Positions 51,371 to 63,930 of a DNA stretch of 64,000 bases are shown here, piece after piece; position 1 is the first letter of the stretch; each line of letters starts with the position of its first letter. The DNA is from Callorhinchus milii (lineage: Eukaryota). The position numbers and the translations under genes were made by a program. Where the stretch lies: assembly GCF_018977255.1 (NCBI RefSeq), contig NW_024704742.1, positions 77,378,001 to 77,442,000 of the forward strand, written 5' to 3'. A model generated the notes under the pieces. That model was not told the DNA's origin. It did no database searches and was given only the letters and a program-made list of their open reading frames with translations.

Positions 51371-54300
51371 GTCAGTGTCTCATTGCCGAATTAGAATAAG
51401 GTTATTATTTTACAATGTTATGTGTTTCGGATGGAAACAGAGAGTAAAATGCATTTTGTTATTGCTATGAGTCACGAGGATACAACAAAAACTGGTGGTA
51501 AAGAATAATACAGATCAAACATACTCTCTTCTGAATCATGTTTTATTTTTAATGTCATCATTTAAATAGGCTGTAATAAATTAATCCTTGCTTTTATCAA
51601 GCCATCGAAAAGTCAAATTGCATCACAGGATTTCTTGTAGAGTATCGTGAGTGTATTTTGTAGGTGAATGGAGCAGCCAGTTTGCATGCAGCATTGTCCC
51701 ACAACAACAGTGAAGTGAATTAACAGTTTTCATCTGGAGATTTGCTGGCCAGGATACTGGGAGAAATTCCCTAAGTGCTGTGTATTACCAAAAGTGACAT
51801 ACAGAAATGTTGATACAAGTGGAAAATTTAGGTTAAAAGAATTTAGGTTAGGTTGAAGGTCAAGTCCAGAGTTCCTCAATGCACTGGTCTTCTATACCAT
51901 TATTGGTATTTCATAATATCGGTACTTAATTGTGCCTTCAAAATACTGAATAAATAAACAACTTTACAATTGTTCTTTATTGTCTTTCACCTGGTTAGTT
52001 TGGGTGAAATTCAATCGGGGGGAAAATAATTGTTTTTGAAAAGTGAATTTGCCGATTTTAATTGTTTGCTTATGATGGTGAGTGTGTGAGCACACTTCAG
52101 AGCACTGCAGACGCCAGGAGTACATGTGCAGTGTGATCCCTCTCAGGTGAGCGGATTCGAGGAATACAGTCAAAAATGACAACAATAGTAACAGATTGCA
52201 TTTATATTGCATGTTTCACGTTGGGAAGATGTCCCAGGGCACATCCCATTGTATCAGGAGTACATTCTTGATGCGAGAAAAACTGAGCTGTGAACTGAGA
52301 AAAGCCAACCAATCCAGACAGGTGATCAGTGAATCCAGGTGCCTGTTAAGACATGTCTTACAGTCATTGAATCAGCTGTGTGGGTGCGGACACTTGTTCA
52401 TTATGAAAGAGGGATCCTTCTGGCCCATGACTTTAAATGGTTTCAAGAAACCAGCAGCGGGAGGAAAGAAACCGCCTCCCAAACTGTAGCAGCTGCTGCA
52501 AGGAACACAAAGATCCTTACAGACCCTTAAATCTTTCAACCAGTGTTAATATGCACACTCACATTTCAGCCACTTGTGCATATTAGGATTTCAAAGGCAC
52601 TCCTGTTTATTCAGTGGTCTCTACTCTGCCGTTAAGCTTGCAGTTTGTGACGACTTGTGTATTTTGTGATTATTTGATTGCTGTTGGGAAATCTGCTCTA
52701 AATGCAACTTGACGCTGTTTAGCTTTTAAGACACTGCACAGTCGTATTCATTTTGCTGATCATTTTTGTTCCTGGATAAATTACAAGAACCTTCTGCTTA
52801 ATCTTACAGCCTAGTGCTGTTTGCAGTTTAATGTCTTCTGCTTTTCAAATGGTTCATTTTTCCCAGTTAGGTGGTTAAAAGATACAAATCATCTGAGCCC
52901 ACATTTTTAATGCTTATCCAAGTCAACGCTCTTTATCTGAATCCTTTATACATGCAGCATAAATAAAGGATACTTAAAAGCTGGTTCTTTTCGAGAAGTG
53001 CAGAAAACCTGTTTCCAAATTAAAACTTTGTTTTCACAATTCTGCATGATCTTAAAATTTTAGTCTAAACAGAGACTAGTTAGAAATTAAGATATACGAT
53101 TATAATCTGATAAAATAGTTTTATATGCTGAGCAGACAGATCCCAGAGAAGGCTAGGGAACGGAATAGTACCAATGTTTTTTTTTAGGCAACTAGATGGA
53201 ATTTGGGTGCTCTGATGAAATGGCCACAGGAATCTGGGCAAAATAGCATAAGACTAGAAAAGTCCGCTTAAAGAGTGAAGTTGGAGGTTAGCAGTAAGAC
53301 AAGAATAACGTGTGAGATGCCTGTCGTTTTACTCAAAATGATCTTCAGAAAGACCCTGGGAAAAAGCTTGCAAAGAGGCTTGTAGGAGCCAGGTTTGATG
53401 GTTGTACTCACAGTGGGGTCTAGCATACATTATTCACTAATGCACTGCACTTGTATTCCCTTCTTACAATGAGAAGAAAGCCCGCCATAAGCACTCAACA
53501 AAATGTTGGCTGGCAATAATGAACAGTACAGTGTTAAAATCCCAGTAACTTATTTTCTTGAACAGAAAACATTTGAGGACACAGGAACGCCACCAAAAGT
53601 CACAAGAGGGTTACATAGTTAAATCTATTCAATATAGCTTTATAACTGATGTAATTAGAAGGAGCGACAGGAGGAAATTATGAAGGATGAGTTAAATATC
53701 TCCAATTGTTGAATGGCAAACTGCCATTGAATTTTCTGCTAGCCTGGCCGTTCCTCATTTCCTATAAAACTTTATTAAAATATTTCATAAATTAACTCTA
53801 AATTAAGTCACTGTGCACAAAGGGGTGCCTCATAAACCCAGTAATCGTTGTTACTGCAACAGTCTGGGTAAGATTACATTTTTGAAGAAGAAAAAGGAAA
53901 ACCAGATGGAGGTCAGGGGGTAAGGAGTTTCATTTAGCAACTCTTGTATTACAAGTAATAAAAATGGAGAAGCTAGATGGCTTATTAGCCAGTTTTATTG
54001 ACAAATGGATTCTATTTTATGGTGCTTGTGATAATTCTACAGCTCAGAAACCCTGTGATTGACTGCACCAAAAACCCAAACTAGTCCTGCAAGTAACTAT
54101 GGCTCTTAACAGGCCACACCGTGACTGCAGGCCCAAGTCACTCAGTAGTGAACTCACACCCATCGCACCTTTTGCGAGTGTGTTACGCGGAGTCTTTCAT
54201 CCCAGTGAAACTTACACACAACTCAACTCCTGCCTGAGGCCGCTCTGCGAGAACTGTTTGAACCTCCTGCCACTGCCTTGTGTTTTATTATGTCTAGTCT

Positions 54301-54954
54301 GAGATTTATTTGATGAGGAGATGGGGAGCAGGAGTTGCTTAATGGTGCAGTGTGAAAATAAACTATAAAAGGGTTCCTCCTGGATGGCTGAAGATTAAAT
54401 GTAGTCAGCATAGTGATTTCACAACCTACAAACTGAAGTTCATCTCAGTTTTCACAAACAAATATGCCACAAGACCCAAGTTGGATTTTACTGAAGCAGA
54501 GACACACAGATGTGTTGTCTGGTCTTGTCAATACTTAACTTGAACAACCTGTCTCTGGACGTGATACCAGAGTAGCAAATTAAATCACTTGCATTTCAGC
54601 ACATTCATTGTGTCGGGCAGATGTAGGCTTGGCACAACATTTGTAAATCTGGTTTGATTTACACTGTACTTTTAAGAGCAATTTTATCGAAGCTCCTGAA
54701 CCGTGGAGGTAAACATTGCGAGACGTAACTGCACTGTAGACTAACATGGGTGATAATTGTCAACAACAGAAATCAATGTTAAGCTAACTCAGAATTCAAA
54801 CCAGCTGCTCTGCAGGCTCCGTTTGTATCTAACTATTGTGATTAAGTTGGATCGATAGCCAGTGGATAATTACCAACTAGTCTCTGCTGCATTTATGCAA
54901 TACAATGCAATTTACATTTATACAGCGCCTTTCATGTCTGAAGGATATTACAGT

Positions 54955-55295
54955 TTAGGCTGACACTCCAATATGGTGCTGTGGGAGCATTGTATTATTG
55001 GAGGTGTCCGTCCTTCAGATCAGGTGTTAAATTGAGGACCCATCTGCCTTCAGGTGGACGTTAAAGATCTCATGACACTATTCGAATAGAGAAGGGAGTT
55101 TCTCCTGGCGTCCTGGTCAACAATTCCCCCAGATGAAATTGGTCATTCATTTCACAGTTGTTTGTGGGACATTGTTGTGTGCAAATTGGCTGCAATGTAT
55201 GCCTACAAACACAGTCACTACATGTCACAGTAAAATCCTATGAAGCGCTTTGAAATGTTTCAATGACAGATAAGGTGCTATATGAAATGCAAATA
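54955..55295 (+). mobile_element. DeuSINE (head truncated)
   Basis: TAGGCTGACACTCCA...TTCAGGTGGACGTTAAAGATC...TTTGTGGGACATTG...GAAGCGCTTTG. Confidence 0.8.
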
Positions 55296-55409
55296 TTGGT
55301 GGTATGATAGAGCCTGAATCTGAGATCAGTACCCCGTTGAATTACCTTGAATACTGAGAATGTTAATTTAATTATTTACCACAGGTACATGTGTGAACTG
55401 TTAACTAAA

Positions 55410-55696
55410 ATAACAATCCTTGCATTTTATGTGAGAGATTGTTAGACAAGACTCCACGAGAAACACGCTTCTCTTTTCAAATTTTACCATCGGATCTTTT
55501 GCGTCCACCTGAACAGACAGACAGGACCTTGGTTTAGGATCTCATCTGGAAGATGGCACCTCCAGCATTGCAGAGCACCTCACAACTGCACTGGTCTGCA
55601 TTGGAGTGTCAGCCTAGACTGTGAGCTCACAGTGAGCCTGAACCCACTACCTTTTGATTCAGCGACAAGAGTGCTACCAACTGAGTCAGTCTGACA
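55410..55696 (-). mobile_element. DeuSINE, antisense, internally deleted
   Basis: GGATCTTTTGCGTCCACCTGAACAG...GGAGTGTCAGCCTAGA...GTGCTACCAACTGAGTCAGTCTGACA. Confidence 0.8.
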
Positions 55697-56906
55697 TTTA
55701 TTTTAACCCAGCACATTTCCTTAGATGAAAATATTTCTAGTGTAAAATAGGCGTCACATTTAAATTAAATGGGCACCTGCTAATAGAAACCATAGCGCCA
55801 CCATAATGGTAATAGACACTTCTGTGTTGTGGTAAGTACAATCGCTCTGTTGTGTGCATTGTTCCAGCATGAAATTGCAGTTTACTCTCAGAAGATTTTT
55901 AACTCTGTTTTAATATTCTAATCACGAGCCCACTTGGTGTTTGGAAGTTGCCTCTGCAAAAGTTTTAAGTTTGTTCTCTGTGGAGATAAGGAGCACGTTG
56001 ACATTTCACAGCTGAATGAATCTTCCTTCTAATTTCCCTCCCTTCTTCCTGTTTTCTTTTTCTCCCTCCCTCTCTCCTAGCACCTCTTCAGTCAAATTAA
56101 TCAACCGATCATTATTAGGCGGGGTTGCTGCAGGTTACATGAGTTAATGAGTTCCATAGTTACAGGTTGGGACTTGCCAGCCATCTTTGAAAGGCACAAA
56201 TATTACCGTGATTGTTAAATTGAAAAAAGTTCATTTGAATTTCAGCAGTGTTAATATCCCTTCTGATATATACAATGCGGGCCTGGTTTCTGGTTCAATT
56301 GTGAAAGCCATCTTATTCCACTTTTCTTGATAAATATTATTTCTTAAACAAAGAAGTTTTCTTTATTTGATTTCATTATTCCCCAAGGTTACACAATTCC
56401 TGAAAGTTTTTGAAAGTACAGTGTTGGTGTCTCCTTAAATGTCCGCTAGACAACCCTTGAAGGCTGAGCAGAGTTTGGGGAATCTACACAGGCAAGGTTG
56501 ACAGATGTAGAGGCTACCAATAAGGGGAGGAAGAAATCTGGAGAAGAATCTATCTCCCGTGTTTAATATTATGAATTCAGCTGAAGAAAAAGATTTAAGA
56601 TTTATACAAATTTATTTATTTAGCCAAAGATCTAAGAAAAAGATTGTTTAAATCGTTAAAAATAGAAGTGGTTAAAATTAAGATGTAGATGTATTCTAAG
56701 TCGTTTAGCTAGTGTAGCACATCTTACCATATTCACTAACAATGAAGAAAATTACTGGCGTCCAACTGATGCCCTGACCTGACATTTTTTCCTTAATTGA
56801 AGATGCTTAAAATGGAAACCAATTCTTAGCCTGTTGTTTCTATGTTAACTGTGTAAAACTATGCTGCAGCATGCTGAATTTGTGTTTCTTTTCCCCCCCT
56901 ACACAG

Positions 56907-57048
56907 CCTAACAGTAGTGGGCAAGTAGTGGGCAAAGGGCCTGGTCACTTTACTTCAGTGCTGGCTCCCTCACCCCATCACGGCATGCCCAGACCAGTGA
57001 CTCTAGCCATGTCTTCAGACACTAAACCTGTCACTACATCAACTGAAG
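56907..57048 (+). CDS. NFIB: NFIB exon 9 (142 nt, phase 0-1; 169 nt if the downstream donor at 57075 is used): [47 protein letters not shown]
   Basis: Acceptor ccccctacacag; donors AAG|gtgagg and ACA|gtaagt; visible in ORF 56871..57089. Confidence 0.95.
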
Positions 57049-57140
57049 GTGAGGTAACATTATTTCCTTCAGACAGTAAGTATTGTTAAATAGATGAGTC
57101 GCTGCCCTGTGCTTGTATTGAATCCTTTAAAACCCACTGC

Positions 57141-57287
57141 AATAATAATAAATAATAATAATAACCCTTGCATTTTGATATAGCGCCTTATCATTTCACA
57201 GTCTCAAAACGCTTCACAGAATATACTGTAAAGTGAATTGACTGTATATTTTGTGGGTGAAATGGGGCAGCCAATTGCGCACAGCAA
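57141..57287 (-). mobile_element. SINE 3' fragment with (AAT)n, about 65 nt downstream of the distal exon 9 donor
   Basis: (AAT)n ... CTTGCATTTTGATAGCGCC...GCAGCCAATTGCGCACAGC. Confidence 0.85.
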
Positions 57288-58153
57288 GAGAGGTATATAA
57301 AATGATTGTTTCCTTTGCCCCTTCCTCAGAATGAAGTTGCTTTGGGCACAGCAATTTTTCTCTGTGCTCTTCTATGTCATTGTCGTTTCTCCCCTTATTC
57401 TCTCTATATCGGGTTAGGACAACGCAAACAAAAACTTCCCTGCCGTTCTGAAAAGGTAAAGGGTTTAGAGTATCAAACGAAGCACCTTCCAGCTCTTACG
57501 AACTTGAGATGGACTTCAGTAAAATTAACTCATTGTCTCATGAAGAATTTGGCAGGGTGGAGCCAACTATCAGTACACTTGAGTTTTTGATTTAATGGAA
57601 TAAAAAAAACAATATCGATACATCAGTTGCATTAAATTTGATTTGCAAGAGCTGTGACTTTCAGTTTTGAACAGTTCCGGGACTTGATTGATGGCGGCAG
57701 ATTTGGGGGGGTCCAGTGCACTGAGACAGTGTTAATGATCCAAATCAGATGTGCTGGAACGTGCTGGGATTGGCCGTCTCTCTCGGCAAACACTGTGGTT
57801 AAACTGCCACAGTGTGCTGCGTATCTCTCTCCCCGGGTGAAGTTAACAAAGGCTTGCTAATGTGTTTCGTGGGAGACTGTCAGCAATGAAACGGGAGAAC
57901 AATATCTTCTTTTGAAAGAGCCTCCAGACAGCTGCGACTTGTGCGCTAATTGATTTGCCGTGCCTCTGCAGCCTCTCAGCTGTTCAAACCCGTATCTGCT
58001 CACGCATCCAATACAGGTAGTAGCTGCCACTGAACTTGCACCTCAAGGTGAGCTTGCTCACACCGAGCAGCACCACATCAGCATTTCATTTCGCTTTTAC
58101 ATTCAGGGGATAAGATGACCACAGTGACTGTGACTTTGACCTGGAGGTCAAAG

Positions 58154-59181
58154 TAATAACAGTAAGAAGAAGAATCCATGCATTTGAAATAGGGACTCAT
58201 CACATCATCGAAACGTCTCAGAATGCTTCAAAGGATTTATTGTAAAGTGTAGTTACTGGATTTTTTAGGTGAAGGCAGCAGCCAATTTCATAGAATCGTA
58301 GAAAATTATTGCACAGAAGGAGGCCATTCGACCCACCATGCCTGTGCCAGCTCTTTGGAAGAGCTATCCAATCAGTCCCACTCCCTCGTTCTTTCCCCAT
58401 ATCCTTACAAATATTTCCTCTTCAAATACCTATCCAATTCCCTTTTAAAAGTTGTTATTGAATCTGTTTCCACCACCCTGTCAGGCAATGCATTCCAGAT
58501 CATAACAGCTCTCTGTAAAAAAAATTCTCTTCATCTCCCCTCTCGTTCTTTTGCCATCTTGAATCTATGTCCCCTGGTTACCAACCCACCTAATAGTGGA
58601 AACAGTTTCTCCCTATCTACTCTATCAAAACCCCTCATAATTTTGAGCACCTGTATTAAATCTCCCCTTAACCTGCTCTGCTCCAAGGAGATCAATCCCA
58701 GTTTCTCTAGTCTCTCCACATAACTAAAATTCCTCATCGCTGATACCATTCTGGTAAATCTCCTCTGCATTCTGCACAGCAAAGTCCCACAAGCAGTCAA
58801 TGAAGCTTCTTAACCAATCTCAGATGACAAGATTAGTTTGGATGAAGAAGGCCCTTCGGCCTATTTGATCTAGTCTTCCCAGAATACCCACTCTACCATC
58901 TTCCCATCAAAGCATCAAACTGATTTTTAAGTAGGACCAATGCACTGGTCTCCACTACCCTCTGGCGGATTGCTGGCCAGGCGACTGGGAGAAACTTCCT
59001 TCTCTTTTCAAATAGTGCCATGAGATCTTTACTATCTACCTGAACAATCAAATAGGATCGTGGTTTAATGTCCCATCTGAAGGAGGGCACCTCCAACAAA
59101 CCAATGCAAGTCCTGACATGAGGCTTGAACCCACAACACCTGATTCAGGTGAGAGTGCTACCAACTGAGCCAAGCTGACAC
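58154..59181 (-). mobile_element. DeuSINE split into three pieces by two LINE insertions
   Basis: Tail 58154-58288, middle about 58773-58805, and head about 58968-59181 are collinear with the SINE consensus seen in other copies. Confidence 0.75.
58289..58772 (-). mobile_element. CR1 LINE 3' end (ORF2 C-terminus plus 3' UTR)
   Basis: ORF 58531..58800 QRRFTRMV..YVERLEKLGLISLEQSRLRGDLIQVLKIMRGFDRVDREKLF..TRGH is the typical CR1 C-terminus; terminal (ATTCTAYG)-type repeat. Confidence 0.93.
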
Positions 59182-59486
59182 ACAAATCCATCATTAAATA
59201 TACCTCTATACTTAGCATCAGGAATAACCGGACCTAATAAAGTATGCTTCCATTTCTTAATTCTTTTTCTCAAAATGTGCAATTTCACAACATTAAACTG
59301 CATCTGCCTCCTATCTGCCCATTCGGCTGAGCGATCTGTCTCCGGAGGATCAACTCAGACAGACAAAAGTTAAAATATAAAAAATGAAAGAAAACCATGC
59401 CAAAAATCTGCCCTCACTTTCTGATGTTCCAATGATGCAGACTTTCTAAAGGAAAACCTGAAGAATCGCTTTCCATCCTGTATAGT

Positions 59487-59800
59487 GGAGTCCTGTAGCT
59501 CAGTGGTTAGAGCACTCGCTTTGCAAGCGAGAAACCTGAGTTCAATTCCAGGCAGGGCGAAACCTTGGGCAAGTTTCCTTACTCCACACGCCTAATAATA
59601 ATCCCTCCAAAAACAAAACAATAATTAATTGGTCATTTTCAATCTACGACTGTTTGTGGGACATTGCTGTGCGCAATTGGCTGCCGCGTTCGCCCACAAA
59701 TATACAGTCAATTCACTTTACAGTGTGTTCTGTGAAGCGCTTTGGGACGTCCTCCCGACGTGAAAAGCGCTATATCAAATGCAAGGATTATTATTATTAT
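59487..59800 (+). mobile_element. Full-length young tRNA-derived SINE (SINE2-1_CM-like) with Deu-domain remnant, L2-type 3' tail and (ATT)n
   Basis: Head GGAGTCCTGTAGCTCAGTGGTTAGAGC (A box) ... GAGTTCAATTCC (B box); core CTGTTTGTGGGACATTGCTGTGCGCAATTGGCTGCCG; tail TGTGAAGCGCTTTGGGACG...AAATGCAAGG(ATT)n; near-identical to the copies at 38.8 kb and 48.7 kb. Confidence 0.92.
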
Positions 59801-60451
59801 AGCACTGTACGTGTAAGAAGCCTGGATTTGCTGCACTTCATGGGGATCCTTAAACTGATGAACAAATATTCCAGGCCCCTACCCTTCGAAAAAATAAATA
59901 AACTGCAGCTGTAAAATCTGTTTGGGAAACTGGTTTCCTGAAAGAAATGTTCCCTGTTCCTCTTTCACCAGCACTTTGTATAAACAGTGGCAATCAAGCT
60001 TATAGACCATTGGTGTGCAACTTTTCTTTGAACTCTCAGATTGGATTGTAGCCTTCCCTGTGTTCTGAAGGCTGAAAATACCGTGTGTGCTGAAACTTGG
60101 GAATGTGATCCTGCAATGATAAAAAGATTGGCATATTCATTAAATGCATATATTTAGCATTGCACTGTAATAGAATAAGGTTCATTTGTTATATTTGACG
60201 AGCGGAACTTATATAGCAATTGATGATAAATGAGGGACTATAATACTGAGTGTGTTAATAATTTTGTGGTTATTTGGCTTTTCTGTAAGTGCACTTAGAG
60301 GTGGATTTGTCGAAAGGCCTTCTGCTGTGCAGCACCGTTGTAGGACCATTGCGGTCCATAAATTGTGTTTTAATGTAAAGGCTACACAATATAATGATAA
60401 TAAATGTGTATTTCCTGTAATCTGAATTGCACTTTTTGTCTTTTAAACCAG

Positions 60452-60537
60452 TCTACACAGGGTCAGGCACATCCCCTGCCAACCGGCAATTTGTGGGAAT
60501 CAGCTCACGGGATCCAACCTACCTACACCAGCAGCAG
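60452..60537 (+). CDS. NFIB: NFIB exon 10 (86 nt, phase 1-0): VYTGSGTSPANRQFVGISSRDPTYLHQQQ
   Basis: Acceptor ttttaaaccag; donor CAG|gtgggc; resembles human [27 protein letters not shown]. Confidence 0.95.
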
Positions 60538-63500
60538 GTGGGCATGATTCTTCCTTCTCTTTGGCTAGATACAGTAACAGTCATGGTGCCTAGTTCTAAT
60601 GGAGTTGCAGGTGATAATGAGAGGTCAAGTTACCATATCCTTTTCTAACATTTTGTGAAACCGTGAACAAACCCTAAAAAGCCCAGAGTATTTCTGTAAC
60701 CTTGCTTCTGCCGTGAGTATTGATGTGTGTTCCACTAGCTGTGGTTCCTAATGAATTTCCAGGATAGGTAGCCATTTAGAACAGCACCATTTAATCATTG
60801 CGGTTCAAAGTGGCCTAGTCTTGCGATGGGATTCTTGCTACTTAAATGGCGGTGACACACATGCTAAAAAAATAGTTGCAGCTTCCATGGTGGCATAGTG
60901 AGCAGAGGTGTACTGCCCAGCACTTAAGACTGAAGGACCGGGCCATTGCAGGTTCGAATCCTGATCTGTATGGATTCACCAGAAGCAGCAGCTGGGCCAA
61001 TGCAATTAACTTCAGGACTCTCTGGAGTGTGTGTTTGTGGACATTGTGCATAGAATCAGGCTCAGCTGCGTTGACTTGCTTCCCTTCCACACTTCTTCTC
61101 CTCACGCCCATTCCTGTCCCCGCCGTTGAATATCCTGCAAACACTCCCTGCGTAGGCTCACACATGAAGAATATTCACACTGCTAACTTTCAGGAAGATG
61201 ACATGCAGAAGAATATGCCAGCATAAGACAGTGTATTCGGGAGAGTAGGAGGCTGGGAAAAATTAGCAGCGATCGGGAGAAAAAAATAAAAGTGTTTTAA
61301 AACTAGAATCCATCCAGTGAAACTAGAACTCTGTGCACGTTCTGGGAATCCATCCAGCTTTGGAATGGACCATTGAGCCTGTTTCGTTCATGGAACTCAC
61401 CCTCCCTGTCCTCATTCAGTAAGCTTGGTTGCAAGTTTTACTCTTTAAATCTGGATTGGCCCAAGCTCCCTCATTGTGAAGAGTCATCTTCAACATGAGG
61501 GGAAATGGGCATCAAATTCCCATCTTGTGGAAGTGGCAAGTTTCCACACGGTGTTGCCAGCAATGATCATACCCCACACGCCCATCAGATTTATCGCATG
61601 GAAGTGAAGGACATTCCCGCTTGTCAACCAAACTAATCGTTTGCGGTGAGTGAAAAGTAAACTGGGCCGTTCACATGTCTGAATTATCACGTTAACAGCC
61701 GACAGCTGGATGCTGCTTCCCAGATTAAATTTTAAAGATGGTGTTAAGATCTCAGGGATCATTCACTTCCACAGAATAAACAAAGTGTCTCGTTGGTGAG
61801 TGAAAGGGGAAGGATGTTCTATTGCATTGCCACATGATCCTGAGTGCTAGAATTCAGGGTGTCCCTATCATTGAGCCTTACATCACATTAGACAGAAGAG
61901 GGGGTGGAGGTTTTTGCAAAATGTCTGCATTTTTGGCAGCTTCTGACCTGAGCAGCACCAAATTAAAGAAACGAAGGAAAGACCAAGAGATATCTCATGT
62001 GTAGCTTCCTTCGCAGTACTGAGGATTTTGTGGCAGTTCAGTATAATGCCCTTAATCTTTACTCAGATTGTTACAAAGTGGCAGCTAACCTGTGGAGCTT
62101 GTGCATCTAATGAGAGATTACCAATAATTCCTCCTCTCTTGTCCCTTCTCTTGTTGAATGCTGCAAACGGTGTCCAGTGATCAGATAAAAATCACAGTGG
62201 TGTGTGATGCTGTTGTGGGTGCAGTTTGACAGTTGATATTGGTGGAATTTATCCCTACGACCAAAATATTTTTTTTCAAAAACAGACAGAAGTTTAAACC
62301 TCCTTTTGTTAAATGTAATTGAGTAGGAATACTGGGTGATATGCACTGTCTTGTTAAATTGATTTGATTGATAGCCTCAACTTGCAGTTGGCAACACAGT
62401 GCAATAGCATGTATGTCCGTTATTGCTTAACCAATGTGTCTTTGCCAGGAGAACCCTCAGAGTGCTCATTTCTGAACATCTGTGCCCAACCACTAAAGCC
62501 ACAAAGTAATAATTAGTGGTTTTTCCTCTCCATCGCTCTTTGTCATATTTATTTGTAGTCATTCCTGGTTTCCTCCTCAATAACAAACATTTCATTAATA
62601 ACATTTGTATTTAAACAGACCCCTTTATTTAAAAGAATAATTTGTCACATTCAACTGGAAACATTTGCATTAGAATTTTACGGAATACAACCAAATCAAC
62701 AGGTTCAGCAAAAGTGAGTGGTGATCGATCCTGAGGCAGAAACTACTGCAAGTCACTGACTTTCAGGGACTTTGATTGAGTCAATAATGTCAGACTGAAG
62801 GTTCCTCAGCCACCCAGTTGTAAAACTACAAGGAACAAAACTTCCATTGTGGAATTGGTCTCGGATTCGCAAATGTGCTAGGAGTTGAGGACATTTCTGA
62901 GATTTCCCAGTCTGTCCCCAGCTTCCCTACTCCCCGCCACCACCACCTCGATTTGAACTTGATTTGAATCCAGTGTATCTATAGACAGTTCTCACTCCTT
63001 TCACTGACATTCGGTACCCACAGTGGTCAAGAACAGAACTGTTCTGGACAATCCATGCTGCCATTGCTGTGCCGTTTTTTCACAAACTCCATCAACTGTG
63101 GTCTCGTGTGCAAAAGTTCAAGGCAAAATGTGATCCGATTACATTCTGGCAAGAACTGCTTTGTGCTCAGCTCCTGGGATTCAATGCGCAATTGAGGATA
63201 GTCCAACATATCAATGCCTTTCTTAATTTCCCTCTTGCTCAGAACAACCCAATTCTTTCCAGAACATCAATTATACACAACAAATACAAAGCAACTATGG
63301 TATTACAAATCCCAGTATGAAGGGCTTTTTTAAAAAAAAATGTAACCCTAGAATAATATATACACAATGTATCAGAAGCTTAAACCTCAATAAGTTAAAC
63401 CTACAGTGAGAGGTATCACATTTAATGCCTGTTCTCACTCAGTGTGCAGTAACTGTTGAGTACACTAGTTTACACTTTTCTTTTCCTAGTTAACAAAAAC

Positions 63501-63639
63501 TATAATTTTCAATAAGTAATCTATCTTTTCTCGTTCCCCCCCCTCCCCAACAATCTCTTCATCTACTTGTAAACTGAGCATTGCCAAAAGATCTGTGAGT
63601 TTGGAAACCCAGTGGTTTGGTTTGCCTGTCTTGGATTCC

Positions 63640-63930
63640 GAGGTTTAAGAACACATATTCGGCCCATCAATCCCACTCCTTGTATAGCCACACAAATCAA
63701 CCTAATCATTGACATCCACTCTACCCCCTGCATTGCATTGAATAGCTAATCCCAAAGATTATTGAGCAAACTTTCCAGAATCTTTATCTATCCTCCATTC
63801 TACAATTCAACTGTTGTGCCCAAACCTCCGTGTTCATACGAACAACATGAAAGCCTCTGCAGTTGCTTTTTGTCTTTATCGGTCAAATTTCAGAAAGAAA
63901 TAACCAACAAGACAGCAATGTACACTGCTG
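63640..63930 (-). mobile_element. Decayed CR1-type 3' fragment
   Basis: AAGAACAC..ATTCGGCCCATC.. tail-like start; low similarity. Confidence 0.4.

Larger units (their letters stand above)
31194..60537 (+). other. NFIB: Partial NFIB gene (span of coding exons 3-10; the gene extends beyond both ends of the window)
   Basis: Eight GT-AG exons join in frame to give [49 protein letters not shown]...-SKRPK...[18 protein letters not shown]...-...[13 protein letters not shown]...[10 protein letters not shown]...-...RDPTYLHQQQ. This is collinear with human NFIB as I recall it; [17 protein letters not shown] and GQVVGK fit NFIB rather than NFIA/C/X. Confidence 0.97.

Noticed and set aside
59487..59560. 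tRNA-like sequence (also at 20979)
   Set aside because: It continues directly into the SINE body and tail and has no proper acceptor stem; a SINE head, not a tRNA gene.
60538..60648. Read-through of exon 10 into the intron (36 more codons)
   Set aside because: A canonical donor is present at the position expected from human NFIB, and the extension has no recognisable homology.
60880..60970. GGTTCGAATCC B-box with an upstream A-box-like sequence
   Set aside because: No cloverleaf; probably a decayed SINE head, too weak to classify.
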